Below, one piece after another: positions 40,179 to 49,755 of a stretch of 59,608 nucleotides of DNA. The notes under the pieces were generated by a model, which saw only the letters and a list, made by a program, of their open reading frames with translations, was not told where the DNA came from and did not search any database. The stretch's first letter is position 1, and every line of letters starts with the position of its first letter. Source of the stretch: Tolypothrix carrinoi HA7290-LM1. GTDB taxonomy: Bacteria; Cyanobacteriota; Cyanobacteriia; Cyanobacteriales; Nostocaceae. The stretch covers positions 1-59,608 of the forward strand of contig JAHHIK010000045.1 in the NCBI GenBank assembly GCA_019358935.1, in the 5' to 3' direction. Position numbers and translations under genes: made by a program.

Positions 40179-43100
40179 ATGACTAATCTAATTCTGGTTG
40201 TAGACGACAACGATTTAATAAGAATGCAGCTGTGCGACTTGATGCAAGAAGCAGGATATCAGGTGGCAGAAGCAAGTAATGGTTCGGAAGCGCTAGCTGC
40301 TTATACTCGCCTACAGCCAGAAATTGTGCTGATTGATGCTATCATGCCCGTGATGGATGGATTTACCTGCTGCACCGAATTACAAAAACTTCCTGGTGGG
40401 GCAAACACACCGATTTTAATGATTACCGCTCTTTACGATCAAACATCTGTAGAGCGAGCTTTTGCAGCTGGTGCGAGTGACTATATTACCAAACCAATTC
40501 AATGGGAAGTATTGCGGCAACGAGTCAGTCGTTTGGTCAAAGCTAGCCTTCATGTGAAAGCATTACGACAGCAAACAGAGCAAGCGCAACTGCGAGAAGC
40601 GCAATTGCGGATGGCATTAGATGCAGCTCGCATGGGTACTTGGGATTGGGATGTCCTGAGCAATCAAATAACTTGGTCAGATAATTTAGAAGTGCTGTTT
40701 GGCTTGGAACCAGGTAGTTTTGAGAGTACTTATGCAGCTTTTATTGAATGTGTACATCCCGAAGATCGCAATTTTATCAGCCGCTCGGTAATCCAGGCAA
40801 TTCGGGAAGAGGCAGAATACGACATCGAATATCGCTTTGTTGCCTGTGATGGTAGCCTGCGTTGGGCAGCAAGTAAAGGAGTTGTTTTTCGCGACTCTTC
40901 CGGGATGGCAGTGCGGATGTCTGGGGTAACAATCGACATTACCAAGCGCAAGCAAGCGGAAGAAAGTCTGGAACTTTACGCTAATCGGCAAGCATTAGTG
41001 GCAGAACTTAGCCAAAGCGCTTTAGCTGGTACAAATCTAACTACATTAATGAATTCAGCCGTGACGCTGATTGCCCAATCGCTGAAAGTTGAGTATTGCA
41101 AAGTTTTGGAACTACTGCCTGACGGTAAGGCAGTATTGTTACGGGCGGGTGTAGGCTGGCAACCAGGGTTGGTAGGAAAAGCAACCGTCAGCAGCAGTAT
41201 TGATTCGCAAGCTGGCTACACTTTGCTTTCTGCTGAACCTGTTATTATCAATGATTTGCGTACAGAAACTAGGTTCAACGAACCCAACCTGCTGCATGAC
41301 CATCAGGTAGTTAGCGGTATGAGTGTTATTATTCAAGGTAAAGAGCGTCCTTTTGGCGTTTTAGGGGCACACACAACACAAGCACGCAACTTCAACCGAG
41401 ACGAAGTTTATTTTCTCCAAGCTGTTGCTAATATTTTGGCTACAGCCATTGACCGTCAAAAGATCGAAGATGCACTCAGGGAAAGTGAGCAACGCTGGCA
41501 GTTAGCCGTGCAGGGTACTAATGATGGTATCTGGGACTGGAATATTAAAACTAATCAAATGTTCGTTTCAACTCGTTGGAAAGAAATGCTCGGTTTTGAA
41601 CAGCAGGAGATTTCCAATTATTTAGATGAATGGTCAACACGAGTGCATCCAGATGATATCGTTCGGGTGAGACAACTTATTCAAGACCACTTTGCCAAAA
41701 GAATCCCGTTTTACATCAGCGAGCATCGAATGCGGTGTAAACATAATGCTTACAAATGGATTTTGGATCGCGGTCAGGCACAGTGGGATGAAGATGGTAA
41801 TGTAATAAGAATGGTTGGTTCTTATACGGATATTACTGAGCGCAAACTCGCAGAAGAACAACTTCGCCAAAGTGAAGAGCGTTTCCAGATAGTTGTCCGT
41901 GCTACTAATGATGTTGTCTGGGATTGGGATTTATTGAAAAATCAGGTGTGGTGGAATCAAAATGTGCAGGCACTTGGTTATTCGACAGAATATATTAGTT
42001 TAGATACTAGATGGTGGCAGGAACACATACACCCAGAGGATAGGCTGAGGGTTGTTTCTAATATAAACACGGCGACGAAGAGTGGTAAGCAATTTTGGTC
42101 AAATGAATACCGCTTTTTGCGTAGCAATAATACTTATGCTGACATTTTAGATCGCGGTTATGTCGTTTATGACAATACTCGTAAAGCTGTGCGGATGATT
42201 GGGGCGATGATGGACATGAGCGATCGCAAGCGAGTAGAAGAAGAATTAGTCAAACAAAACATGCGATCGCAATTGTTCAGCGATGTGACTGTAAAAATTC
42301 GCGAATCTTTAGATATTAACGAAGTTCTCCACACCAGCGTCACCGAAGTGCAACAACTGCTACACGCAGACCGTGTAGTTATCTTTCGGTTGTGGTCGGA
42401 TGGTTCGGGAACGATAGTTAAAGAAGCTGTAGTTCCCGGTTTCCCCGTGCTTCAGGCACAAAATATGATTGACCCTTGCTTTAATGAACATTACATCGAA
42501 AAATACCGCCACGGCAGAATTGGTTCTATTCACGACGTAGACAAAGCTAACATCGATCCTTGCTACTATAAAATGCTGCAATCGTTTGCTGCCAAAGCTA
42601 ATTTAGTTGTGCCGATTCTCTTTAAAAATCAACTTTGGGGACTGCTAATTGCCCATCAGTGCGCTCATCCCCGCAACTGGACTACCTGGGAAACAGAACT
42701 TTTACGACAACTAGCAGACCAAATCGGTATTGCTGTCTCCCAAGCGCAACTTTTAGAACAAGAAACTCGGCAACGTCAAGAATTAGCCCGTTCTAATGAT
42801 GAACTGCAACAATTTGCTTTTATTGCTTCCCACGATTTACAAGAACCACTACGGAAAATTAAAACATTTGGCGATCGCTTAAAAGCTACTTGCGGTGATG
42901 CATTCACCGCACAAGGACGCGATTATTTAGAACGAATGCAAAACGCCGCTCAACGAATGCAAAGTTTGATTGAAGACTTGCTGACACTATCACGAGTTAC
43001 CACCAGAGCGCAACCTTTTGTATCTGTAAATTTAGCACAAGTAACACAAGAGGTATTGTCTGATTTAGAAGTGACTATTCAACAATCCGGTGCATGTGTG

Positions 43101-43478
43101 GAAGTCGGCGAATTTGCCACCGTTACCGCCGATCCGCTCCAGATGCGCCAATTGTTACAAAATTTAATCGGCAACGCTTTAAAATTTCATCGCCCAGAAG
43201 AAGTGCCTTTTGTGAAAATTTACACTGAAGCTAGTAGAGCGATTAACGGTTCAGAATTTTGTCACATCGTCGTCGAAGATCGAGGTATTGGATTTGACGA
43301 AAAGTATATAGATCGCATCTTTAACGTTTTTCAACGTCTCCACGGTCGCAGCGAATATGATGGCACCGGCATCGGTTTAGCTATCTGCCGCAAAATTGCC
43401 GAACGTCATAACGGAAGCATCACTGCACAGAGTCAACCAGGACACGGAGCAAAATTTATTGTCACTTTACCGATGTAA
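40179..43478 (+). CDS. Multi-sensor histidine kinase REC-PAS-GAF-PAS-PAS-GAF(CBCR)-HK
   Basis: ADRVVIFR, DPCF, IDPCY, ANLVVPI and LWGLLIAHQC (CBCR GAF); ASHDLQEPLR and FQRLH..GTGIGL. Confidence 0.95.
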   Translation: MTNLILVVDDNDLIRMQLCDLMQEAGYQVAEASNGSEALAAYTRLQPEIVLIDAIMPVMDGFTCCTELQKLPGGANTPILMITALYDQTSVERAFAAGASDYITKPIQWEVLRQRVSRLVKASLHVKALRQQTEQAQLREAQLRMALDAARMGTWDWDVLSNQITWSDNLEVLFGLEPGSFESTYAAFIECVHPEDRNFISRSVIQAIREEAEYDIEYRFVACDGSLRWAASKGVVFRDSSGMAVRMSGVTIDITKRKQAEESLELYANRQALVAELSQSALAGTNLTTLMNSAVTLIAQSLKVEYCKVLELLPDGKAVLLRAGVGWQPGLVGKATVSSSIDSQAGYTLLSAEPVIINDLRTETRFNEPNLLHDHQVVSGMSVIIQGKERPFGVLGAHTTQARNFNRDEVYFLQAVANILATAIDRQKIEDALRESEQRWQLAVQGTNDGIWDWNIKTNQMFVSTRWKEMLGFEQQEISNYLDEWSTRVHPDDIVRVRQLIQDHFAKRIPFYISEHRMRCKHNAYKWILDRGQAQWDEDGNVIRMVGSYTDITERKLAEEQLRQSEERFQIVVRATNDVVWDWDLLKNQVWWNQNVQALGYSTEYISLDTRWWQEHIHPEDRLRVVSNINTATKSGKQFWSNEYRFLRSNNTYADILDRGYVVYDNTRKAVRMIGAMMDMSDRKRVEEELVKQNMRSQLFSDVTVKIRESLDINEVLHTSVTEVQQLLHADRVVIFRLWSDGSGTIVKEAVVPGFPVLQAQNMIDPCFNEHYIEKYRHGRIGSIHDVDKANIDPCYYKMLQSFAAKANLVVPILFKNQLWGLLIAHQCAHPRNWTTWETELLRQLADQIGIAVSQAQLLEQETRQRQELARSNDELQQFAFIASHDLQEPLRKIKTFGDRLKATCGDAFTAQGRDYLERMQNAAQRMQSLIEDLLTLSRVTTRAQPFVSVNLAQVTQEVLSDLEVTIQQSGACVEVGEFATVTADPLQMRQLLQNLIGNALKFHRPEEVPFVKIYTEASRAINGSEFCHIVVEDRGIGFDEKYIDRIFNVFQRLHGRSEYDGTGIGLAICRKIAERHNGSITAQSQPGHGAKFIVTLPM

Positions 43479-43616
43479 TTGCCTTTGCCCATTTTTTATT
43501 GCTCGCCAGGGTTTATCATACCCCCATAGAGATATTTAAATACAACACTACTTCATAATTTGTTGCGATTTAATACTAAGTAGATACAATCACCAGCGCT
43601 AAGGGGAAAATTCAGA

Positions 43617-44114
43617 GTGAAAGGTCGGCAAACAACCGTCACAATTTTGATGGCGGATGATGATGAAGACGACTGTTTGTTAGCTCGTGAAGCATTGGCA
43701 GAAAGCCGATTGTCAAATGAGCTACACATTGTAGCTGATGGTGAAGAGTTGATGGATTATCTGTACCACCGTGGTCAGTATACCAACGCTAAACTTGCAC
43801 CGCGTCCGGGTTTAATTTTGCTCGATTTAAACATGCCAAAAAAAGACGGTCGGGAAGCACTCAGAGAAATTAAAGCCGATATTAATCTGAGGAAAATTCC
43901 GATTGTTGTGCTGACTACTTCCAGAGCAGAAGAAGATATTTACCGTACTTACGATTTGGGTGCAAACTCCTTCATCATAAAGCCTGTCACCTTTGCCTCA
44001 TTAGTCGAGGTGATGAAAACGATAGGCAAATACTGGTTTGAAATTGTGGAACTACCGCTAGAAGTAGTGGGAGGGAGAAATGAACAACAGTCCAATCAAA
44101 GTTCTTCTAGTTGA
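43617..44114 (+). CDS. Single-domain response regulator (Rcp-like)
   Basis: LILLDLNMPKKDG, VVLTTS and GANSFIIKP; GTG start. Confidence 0.95.
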   Translation: MKGRQTTVTILMADDDEDDCLLAREALAESRLSNELHIVADGEELMDYLYHRGQYTNAKLAPRPGLILLDLNMPKKDGREALREIKADINLRKIPIVVLTTSRAEEDIYRTYDLGANSFIIKPVTFASLVEVMKTIGKYWFEIVELPLEVVGGRNEQQSNQSSSS

Positions 44115-45966
44115 CGATGACGAAGATGATTATATTTTGACTCGTGATTGGTTCGATGAATTTCAGGTAACTGGTAGCGAGCTGGAATGGGTAAGTAGTT
44201 ATGCAAAAGCTAGAGAAGCGATCGCTCAAAATCGTCACGATATCTATCTGGTTGATTATCGTTTGGGTGAGGGGGATGGACTGGAGTTGTTGAGCGAAGC
44301 GATCGCAAATGGTTCCACCGCTCCAATAATTTTACTCACCGGTAAAGGAGATAGAGAAATAGATATCGAGGCAATGAAAGCAGGTGCAGCAGATTATTTA
44401 GAAAAAAGTCAGCTGTCAGCACCTTTGTTAGAGCGTTCGATTCGCTACGCGATTGAGCGCAAACAAACAGAACAGAAAATTCGCGAACAAGCAGCTTTAC
44501 TTGATGTCGCTACCGATGCGATTTATGTGCGCGATTTAGACAATAAAATTTTATTTTGGAACAAAGCAGCCGAACGTTTATATGGTTGCAGAAAAGATGA
44601 AGCGATCGGCAAAAGAATACAAGATATTTGGCAAACCAAAAATAAACTGCAACTGCAAGAAGCCCTGAATATTTTGATGAAAAATGGCTCTTGGGAAGGA
44701 GAGTTACATCAAACAACCAAATACGACAAAGAAATCATCGTCGAAAGCCGCTGGACATTAGTACCATTTGATAAAAAATCACAATCTATTCTAGTTGTTA
44801 ACACTGACATTACGCAGAAAAAACAGTTGGAAGCGCAATTTTTACGCGCCCAGCGATTAGAAAGTATTGGCACTTTAGCAAGCGGTATTGCCCACGACCT
44901 AAACAACGTCCTCGCGCCGATTTTAATGACCGCACAGCTATTGGAGACACAATTGCATGATGCGCGAAGTAAGCGACTGCTACCGATATTAGTAACCAAC
45001 GCCAAACGTGGAGCGAATTTAGTCAAGCAAGTATTATCTTTTACTCGCGGTGTTGAAGGCGATCGCACAATCTTACAATTAAAGCACTTAATATTAGAAA
45101 TTCGCCAAGTTATTAAAGAAACATTTCCTAAATCAATAGAAGTTGACTGCGAAACCTCACGAAATCTTTGGACTGTTTCTGGAGATGCTACCCAGTTGCA
45201 TCAAGTATTAATGAATTTATGTGTTAATGCTCGTGATGCTATGCCCAATGGCGGAATTTTGACAATATCTGCCGAAAATTTTATCGTAGATGAGCATTAT
45301 GCTAAAATGCATCTTGACGCGAAAATTGGTTCCTATATCGTCGTTATAGTTGCTGATACAGGAATTGGCATTACACATGAAGTATTAGACCGAATTTTTG
45401 AGCCATTTTTTACCACTAAAGAACTCGGTAAAGGCACAGGTTTAGGACTTTCCACAGTACTTGGTATAGTCAAAAGTCATGGTGGTTTCATCAATGTATA
45501 CAGCGAGGTAGGGAAAGGCAGCAAATTTGAAGTATATTTACCTGCCCAGGAAACAACAGAAACCCCCGAAGAAAAAGAACTAGAATTGCCACATGGCAGC
45601 GGAGAATTGGTTTTGATCATCGATGATGAACCTTCGATTCGAGAGATTACCAAAACATCCCTAGAAGCCTATAACTACAAAGCGATAACCGCTAGTGATG
45701 GCATAGAAGCGATCGCCCTTTATGCAGAATATCGCGATAAAATATCTATAGTCTTAACAGATATGCTAATGCCCTCAATGGATGGCATCACAACCATTCG
45801 CACCTTGCACAAAATTAACCCTAACGTCAAGATTATTGTCATCAGCGGACTTGCTACTAGCGATAAAATGAATGCAGCATACGATTTAGGAATCAAAGCT
45901 TTCTTATCCAAACCTTACACCGCAAAGCAATTATTGGAAACAATTAATACAGTGAAAAATAGTTAG
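44080..45966 (+). CDS. Hybrid kinase REC-PAS-HisKA-HATPase-REC
   Basis: VDYRLG REC domain, GIAHDLNN, G-boxes and DMLMP. Confidence 0.96.
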   Translation: MNNSPIKVLLVDDDEDDYILTRDWFDEFQVTGSELEWVSSYAKAREAIAQNRHDIYLVDYRLGEGDGLELLSEAIANGSTAPIILLTGKGDREIDIEAMKAGAADYLEKSQLSAPLLERSIRYAIERKQTEQKIREQAALLDVATDAIYVRDLDNKILFWNKAAERLYGCRKDEAIGKRIQDIWQTKNKLQLQEALNILMKNGSWEGELHQTTKYDKEIIVESRWTLVPFDKKSQSILVVNTDITQKKQLEAQFLRAQRLESIGTLASGIAHDLNNVLAPILMTAQLLETQLHDARSKRLLPILVTNAKRGANLVKQVLSFTRGVEGDRTILQLKHLILEIRQVIKETFPKSIEVDCETSRNLWTVSGDATQLHQVLMNLCVNARDAMPNGGILTISAENFIVDEHYAKMHLDAKIGSYIVVIVADTGIGITHEVLDRIFEPFFTTKELGKGTGLGLSTVLGIVKSHGGFINVYSEVGKGSKFEVYLPAQETTETPEEKELELPHGSGELVLIIDDEPSIREITKTSLEAYNYKAITASDGIEAIALYAEYRDKISIVLTDMLMPSMDGITTIRTLHKINPNVKIIVISGLATSDKMNAAYDLGIKAFLSKPYTAKQLLETINTVKNS

Positions 45967-46102
45967 TTGTTGGTTGTTAGTTGATAGTTGTTAGTTGTTA
46001 GTTGTTAGTTGATAGTTGTTGGTTGTTGGTTGTTAGTTGTCCCCCTTGTCTCCCTTGTCCCCCACTCCCCCACTCCCCCACTCCCCCACTCCCCCATTCC
46101 CC

Positions 46103-46483
46103 ATGACACCTGAAGTTTTAGCCGCTAACACAGCTTTTTATCGAGCTTTTGAAAAGAAAGACATCGAAGCAATGAGTGTAATATGGTCGCAGGGAACTGG
46201 TAGTCTTTGTATTCACCCCGGATGGAATGTACTGCGGGGTTGGAAGGAAGTTCGCACCTCTTGGGAACAGATATTTAAAAATACTGCCTACATTGAAATA
46301 AACACAGACATAATTACTACAGAAGTTCGCGATAATATTGCCTGCATTGTACTTGTAGAAAACGTCTTTCAAGTCATTCAGGGTAGACGAATTCAAGCAC
46401 AATCAATCGCTACCAACGTATTTGAACTTCTCGGTGGAAAGTGGTATTTAATTCATCATCATGGTAGCCCGATTATGCGGTAG
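46103..46483 (+). CDS. SnoaL/NTF2-like family protein
   Basis: ANTAFYRAFE, CIHPGW, ATNVF and WYLIHHHGS; the ORF-track extension is STRR. Confidence 0.9.
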   Translation: MTPEVLAANTAFYRAFEKKDIEAMSVIWSQGTGSLCIHPGWNVLRGWKEVRTSWEQIFKNTAYIEINTDIITTEVRDNIACIVLVENVFQVIQGRRIQAQSIATNVFELLGGKWYLIHHHGSPIMR

Positions 46484-46677
46484 TGGGGTTCGGGGGAGAT
46501 GGGGGACATGGGGGGACAAGGGGGACAAGGGGGACAAGGGGGACAAGGGGGATAAGGGGACACTCTTGACAAGGGGACAAGGCAAATTATTCTTTTTTCC
46601 CATTACCCATTACCCATTACCCATTACCCATTAGCCAATTACCCATTACCCATTACCCATTCCCCATTCCCCAATTA

Positions 46678-47214
46678 CTAATCCCCAATTAACTCTACCC
46701 CATCTCGTCCATCCCAATCTTGGAGGTAAACTTTGACAACCTCTTCCTTAGCGGTGGGTAGTTGCTTGCCGATAAAATCAGGATGAATCGGTAACTCACG
46801 ATGACCTCTGTCTACCAGCACAGCTAAACGAACCACTTCTGGTCTGCCATACTCTTGTATTGCATTCAAAGCAGCACGAATTGTCCGTCCTTTAAAAATT
46901 ACATCATCGACAAGGACAACCGTTTTTCCTGTCAGGTCAATAGAAATATCACTTTTTGCCGGAGTTCGCAAGCCAATTTGGTCAAGGTCATCCCGATATA
47001 ATGTAATATCTAATGCTCCTACTGACACGGATACGTTTTCTAGAGTCTCAATCTGACGTGCTAGCAATTCGGCTAACAATGCACCTCTAGAATAAATACC
47101 CAATAGTACTAAGTCGGATAAGTCGCGTGTCCTTTCGACGATTTGAGAGGCAAGACGGGTTACGGTACGACGTATTTCTTCTGCTGAGAGAATTTCAACG
47201 ACTTTGGCAGACAT
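46678..47214 (-). CDS. pyrR: Pyrimidine regulatory protein / UPRTase PyrR
   Basis: [21 protein letters not shown] and DRGHRELPI. Confidence 0.96.
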   Translation of the reverse strand: MSAKVVEILSAEEIRRTVTRLASQIVERTRDLSDLVLLGIYSRGALLAELLARQIETLENVSVSVGALDITLYRDDLDQIGLRTPAKSDISIDLTGKTVVLVDDVIFKGRTIRAALNAIQEYGRPEVVRLAVLVDRGHRELPIHPDFIGKQLPTAKEEVVKVYLQDWDGRDGVELIGD

Positions 47215-47300
47215 AATCATAAACAATACCCTGAGTTATTGATTATACCGTTTATTGGGGAGTAGGGGAGTGGGGGAGTGGGGAAGAGTTATTTAGATCG

Positions 47301-48269
47301 TTACCTTTTTAGGAGCAAAAAGAATAGGGATGTAGTTAGGAATAACCACAGTAAAAAGCAATATCGAGTTAATTGCAAAGCTTTTTGGATGTGAGTTGGT
47401 GCGATCGCATAAATCGCATCTCCTAGCAGTGGTTTATATGTAGCTATACCGCGATAGTAGTTTGTACCTCCCATTTGCACACCCAAAATAGCAGCGTAAC
47501 AGCATTCACTCCAACCCGAATTAGGACTGGAGTCTTTAATCGCATCTCGCTGGCAAATCCTGAAAACATGCAATGGTTTACCTGATAAAAGCGCTAATGT
47601 TATCACTGTTAACCTACAAGGAAGCCAAGTTAAACAATCTTCTAACCGCGCACTGAACCAACCCAAATAAGTATAGGGATAAGATCGATAGCCCACCATT
47701 GAATCAAGTGTACTACTAGCTTTGTATGCTAGAGCTAGGGGCGCTGCCCCCACAAATGGCAAAAATGCTCCCACAATTGCATAAAAAAGAGGAGCCATGA
47801 CCCCATCGGTAGCATTTTCCGTAACTGTTTCCAGAACAGCTCGCAAAATTTCTGCTTCGGTGAGGTTTTCTGTATCTCGTCCTACATAATTACTTAAAAT
47901 AGACCGAGCCGAAGCGATTTGTCCTGTACCTAAAGGTAGTAAAACTGAAGAAGCTGCTGTTCTTAAACTCCTCAAAGCAAAACAGCTGGCAAGAAGAATA
48001 CTTTCTAATATTATTCCCAATAGCGGATGCAGCCATCTCGCAGTTTGAATTATAAAAGCGCCAACAATGCCGCTACCTATTATGAGAATTGTGCCTAGTA
48101 AAATTCCCGCTATTCGCTGTGTTATAGAATTGTGACAAAATTGAAATGCGAATTTGCTCAAACGAGAAATTACCCATCCCATAACTTGCACTGGATGAGG
48201 AAAACCCGAAGGATCGCCGATTAAGTAATCTAAAGTGGCGGCAATGATTAAAATAACAGATGGTGTCAT
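47301..48269 (-). CDS. cbiB: Adenosylcobinamide-phosphate synthase
   Basis: GDP..HPV, VGRDT, ENATDG, TLDSMVGY and SPNSG. Confidence 0.95.
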   Translation of the reverse strand: MTPSVILIIAATLDYLIGDPSGFPHPVQVMGWVISRLSKFAFQFCHNSITQRIAGILLGTILIIGSGIVGAFIIQTARWLHPLLGIILESILLASCFALRSLRTAASSVLLPLGTGQIASARSILSNYVGRDTENLTEAEILRAVLETVTENATDGVMAPLFYAIVGAFLPFVGAAPLALAYKASSTLDSMVGYRSYPYTYLGWFSARLEDCLTWLPCRLTVITLALLSGKPLHVFRICQRDAIKDSSPNSGWSECCYAAILGVQMGGTNYYRGIATYKPLLGDAIYAIAPTHIQKALQLTRYCFLLWLFLTTSLFFLLLKR

Positions 48270-48370
48270 TGGTTAGGAGTCAAAGGTCAAAGGTCAACAG
48301 TTAAGAATTTTGGACTATCGACTATCGACTATTGACTATCGACTATCGACTATCGACTATCGACTATCGA

Positions 48371-48814
48371 CTAAACAATAAAACTAGCTTCTTCCCCTTG
48401 AGCTGCTTGCCAACTACGAGCATCATAATAGAGGTCTGCGAGGGTAATACTATATAAAGCTTCTTTAAGTTTTTGCTGTAGCCTCTGCCATAAAGTATAT
48501 GTTACCCAATCTTCTGCTTGTGTTGTTTTGATGTCAGAATGAGGTAATTGGGTAATGCTTTCACCGACAGCTTCTAAAATTTGTCCTACAGAGATTAGTT
48601 CGGGCGATCGCGCTAATTGATATCCACCAACACTGCCGCGAATTGATTTTACCAAGCCTGCGCGACGCATTTCTATAAGTAATTTTTCTAAATAAGCAGC
48701 GGGGATATCTTGACGAAGCGCGATCGCTCTGACAGATACAGGACCAATACCTGTCTGTAAGCTCAAATCTAGCAACGCTTTTACACTATAGTGTCCTTTG
48801 GTCGTTAGTTTCAT
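48371..48814 (-). CDS. Rrf2 family transcriptional regulator
   Basis: YLEKLL..RRAGLVKSIRG..GGYQLA; no Cys ligands. Confidence 0.93.
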   Translation of the reverse strand: MKLTTKGHYSVKALLDLSLQTGIGPVSVRAIALRQDIPAAYLEKLLIEMRRAGLVKSIRGSVGGYQLARSPELISVGQILEAVGESITQLPHSDIKTTQAEDWVTYTLWQRLQQKLKEALYSITLADLYYDARSWQAAQGEEASFIV

Positions 48815-49252
48815 TCAGCAACGCAAGAGTCAGCTTGTAAGTTGTTGGTTATTTAAGTTAGATTACAGCCACGCTCCCACGCTCCCACGCTCCCATCAAA
48901 CACTAGCTATTGACACAAACGATCGGTTTTGCTTATCATTCTGCGTCTTGTATTATCGGCTGATGGCAACTGAACAACTTGCCAATCGCAACAAAGGCAA
49001 GGAAACTTCAACCAATATAGTGTAGCAGTATTTCACAAACTATAGATATATCCATAACAATCTTCTTTAAGATATATTGCCCGGAAAAATATTGGAGAAA
49101 TCGTAAAAATTCTGTCTATTCGTGTAATATACTTGGCTAGGCTGAGATAAAAACTAAATAATTCCCACTCACGATTTTGAGCGTGTGAGCTATTTGTCAG
49201 CTAAAATAAAATCGATTCAAAAAGTTCAACCATTCATTTTCGATCTAAGTTG

Positions 49253-49669
49253 ATGGCTAAACAGAAAAAAATTGAACCCCTAGTCGGTGAAGATCTGCTC
49301 CATAAAGTCAAAGAGCTAGAAAACGTTAGCAAAGAAGACAAAGCTAAGAAGTGTGGCTACTACACCGTTACCAAAAACGGTATAGAGCGCGTCAATATGA
49401 TGAAGTTCTTAAATGCCCTAATTGATGCTGAAGGCATTCAGTTGGACAGCGCTCCCAGTGCCAATGGGCGTGGTGGACGTAGTGCTAGTTATAGAATTAG
49501 CGTGCAGTCTAATGGTAACTTGCTGATAGGATCGGCGTACACAAAACAGATGGGTCTGAAAGCCGGAGATGAGTTTCTAATTACTTTAGGCAAAAAGCAC
49601 ATTCGTCTGCGACAGGTAGACGCAGACGAAAAAGAAGATGCTGATGTACTCGAAGAAGCTACAGCTTAA
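49253..49669 (+). CDS. Cyanobacterial AbrB-like transcriptional regulator (cyAbrB)
   Basis: CGYYTVTKNG and YRISVQSNGNLLIGSAYT..GDEF.I.LG.KHI; paralog identity (CalA vs CalB) not certain. Confidence 0.93.
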   Translation: MAKQKKIEPLVGEDLLHKVKELENVSKEDKAKKCGYYTVTKNGIERVNMMKFLNALIDAEGIQLDSAPSANGRGGRSASYRISVQSNGNLLIGSAYTKQMGLKAGDEFLITLGKKHIRLRQVDADEKEDADVLEEATA

Positions 49670-49755
49670 TAACTAGTCAAGAGTCACGCATTCCATAGTC
49701 CATAGTCCATAGTCAAAAATTCTAAACTGAAGACTTGTGACTATTAACTGCGTGA

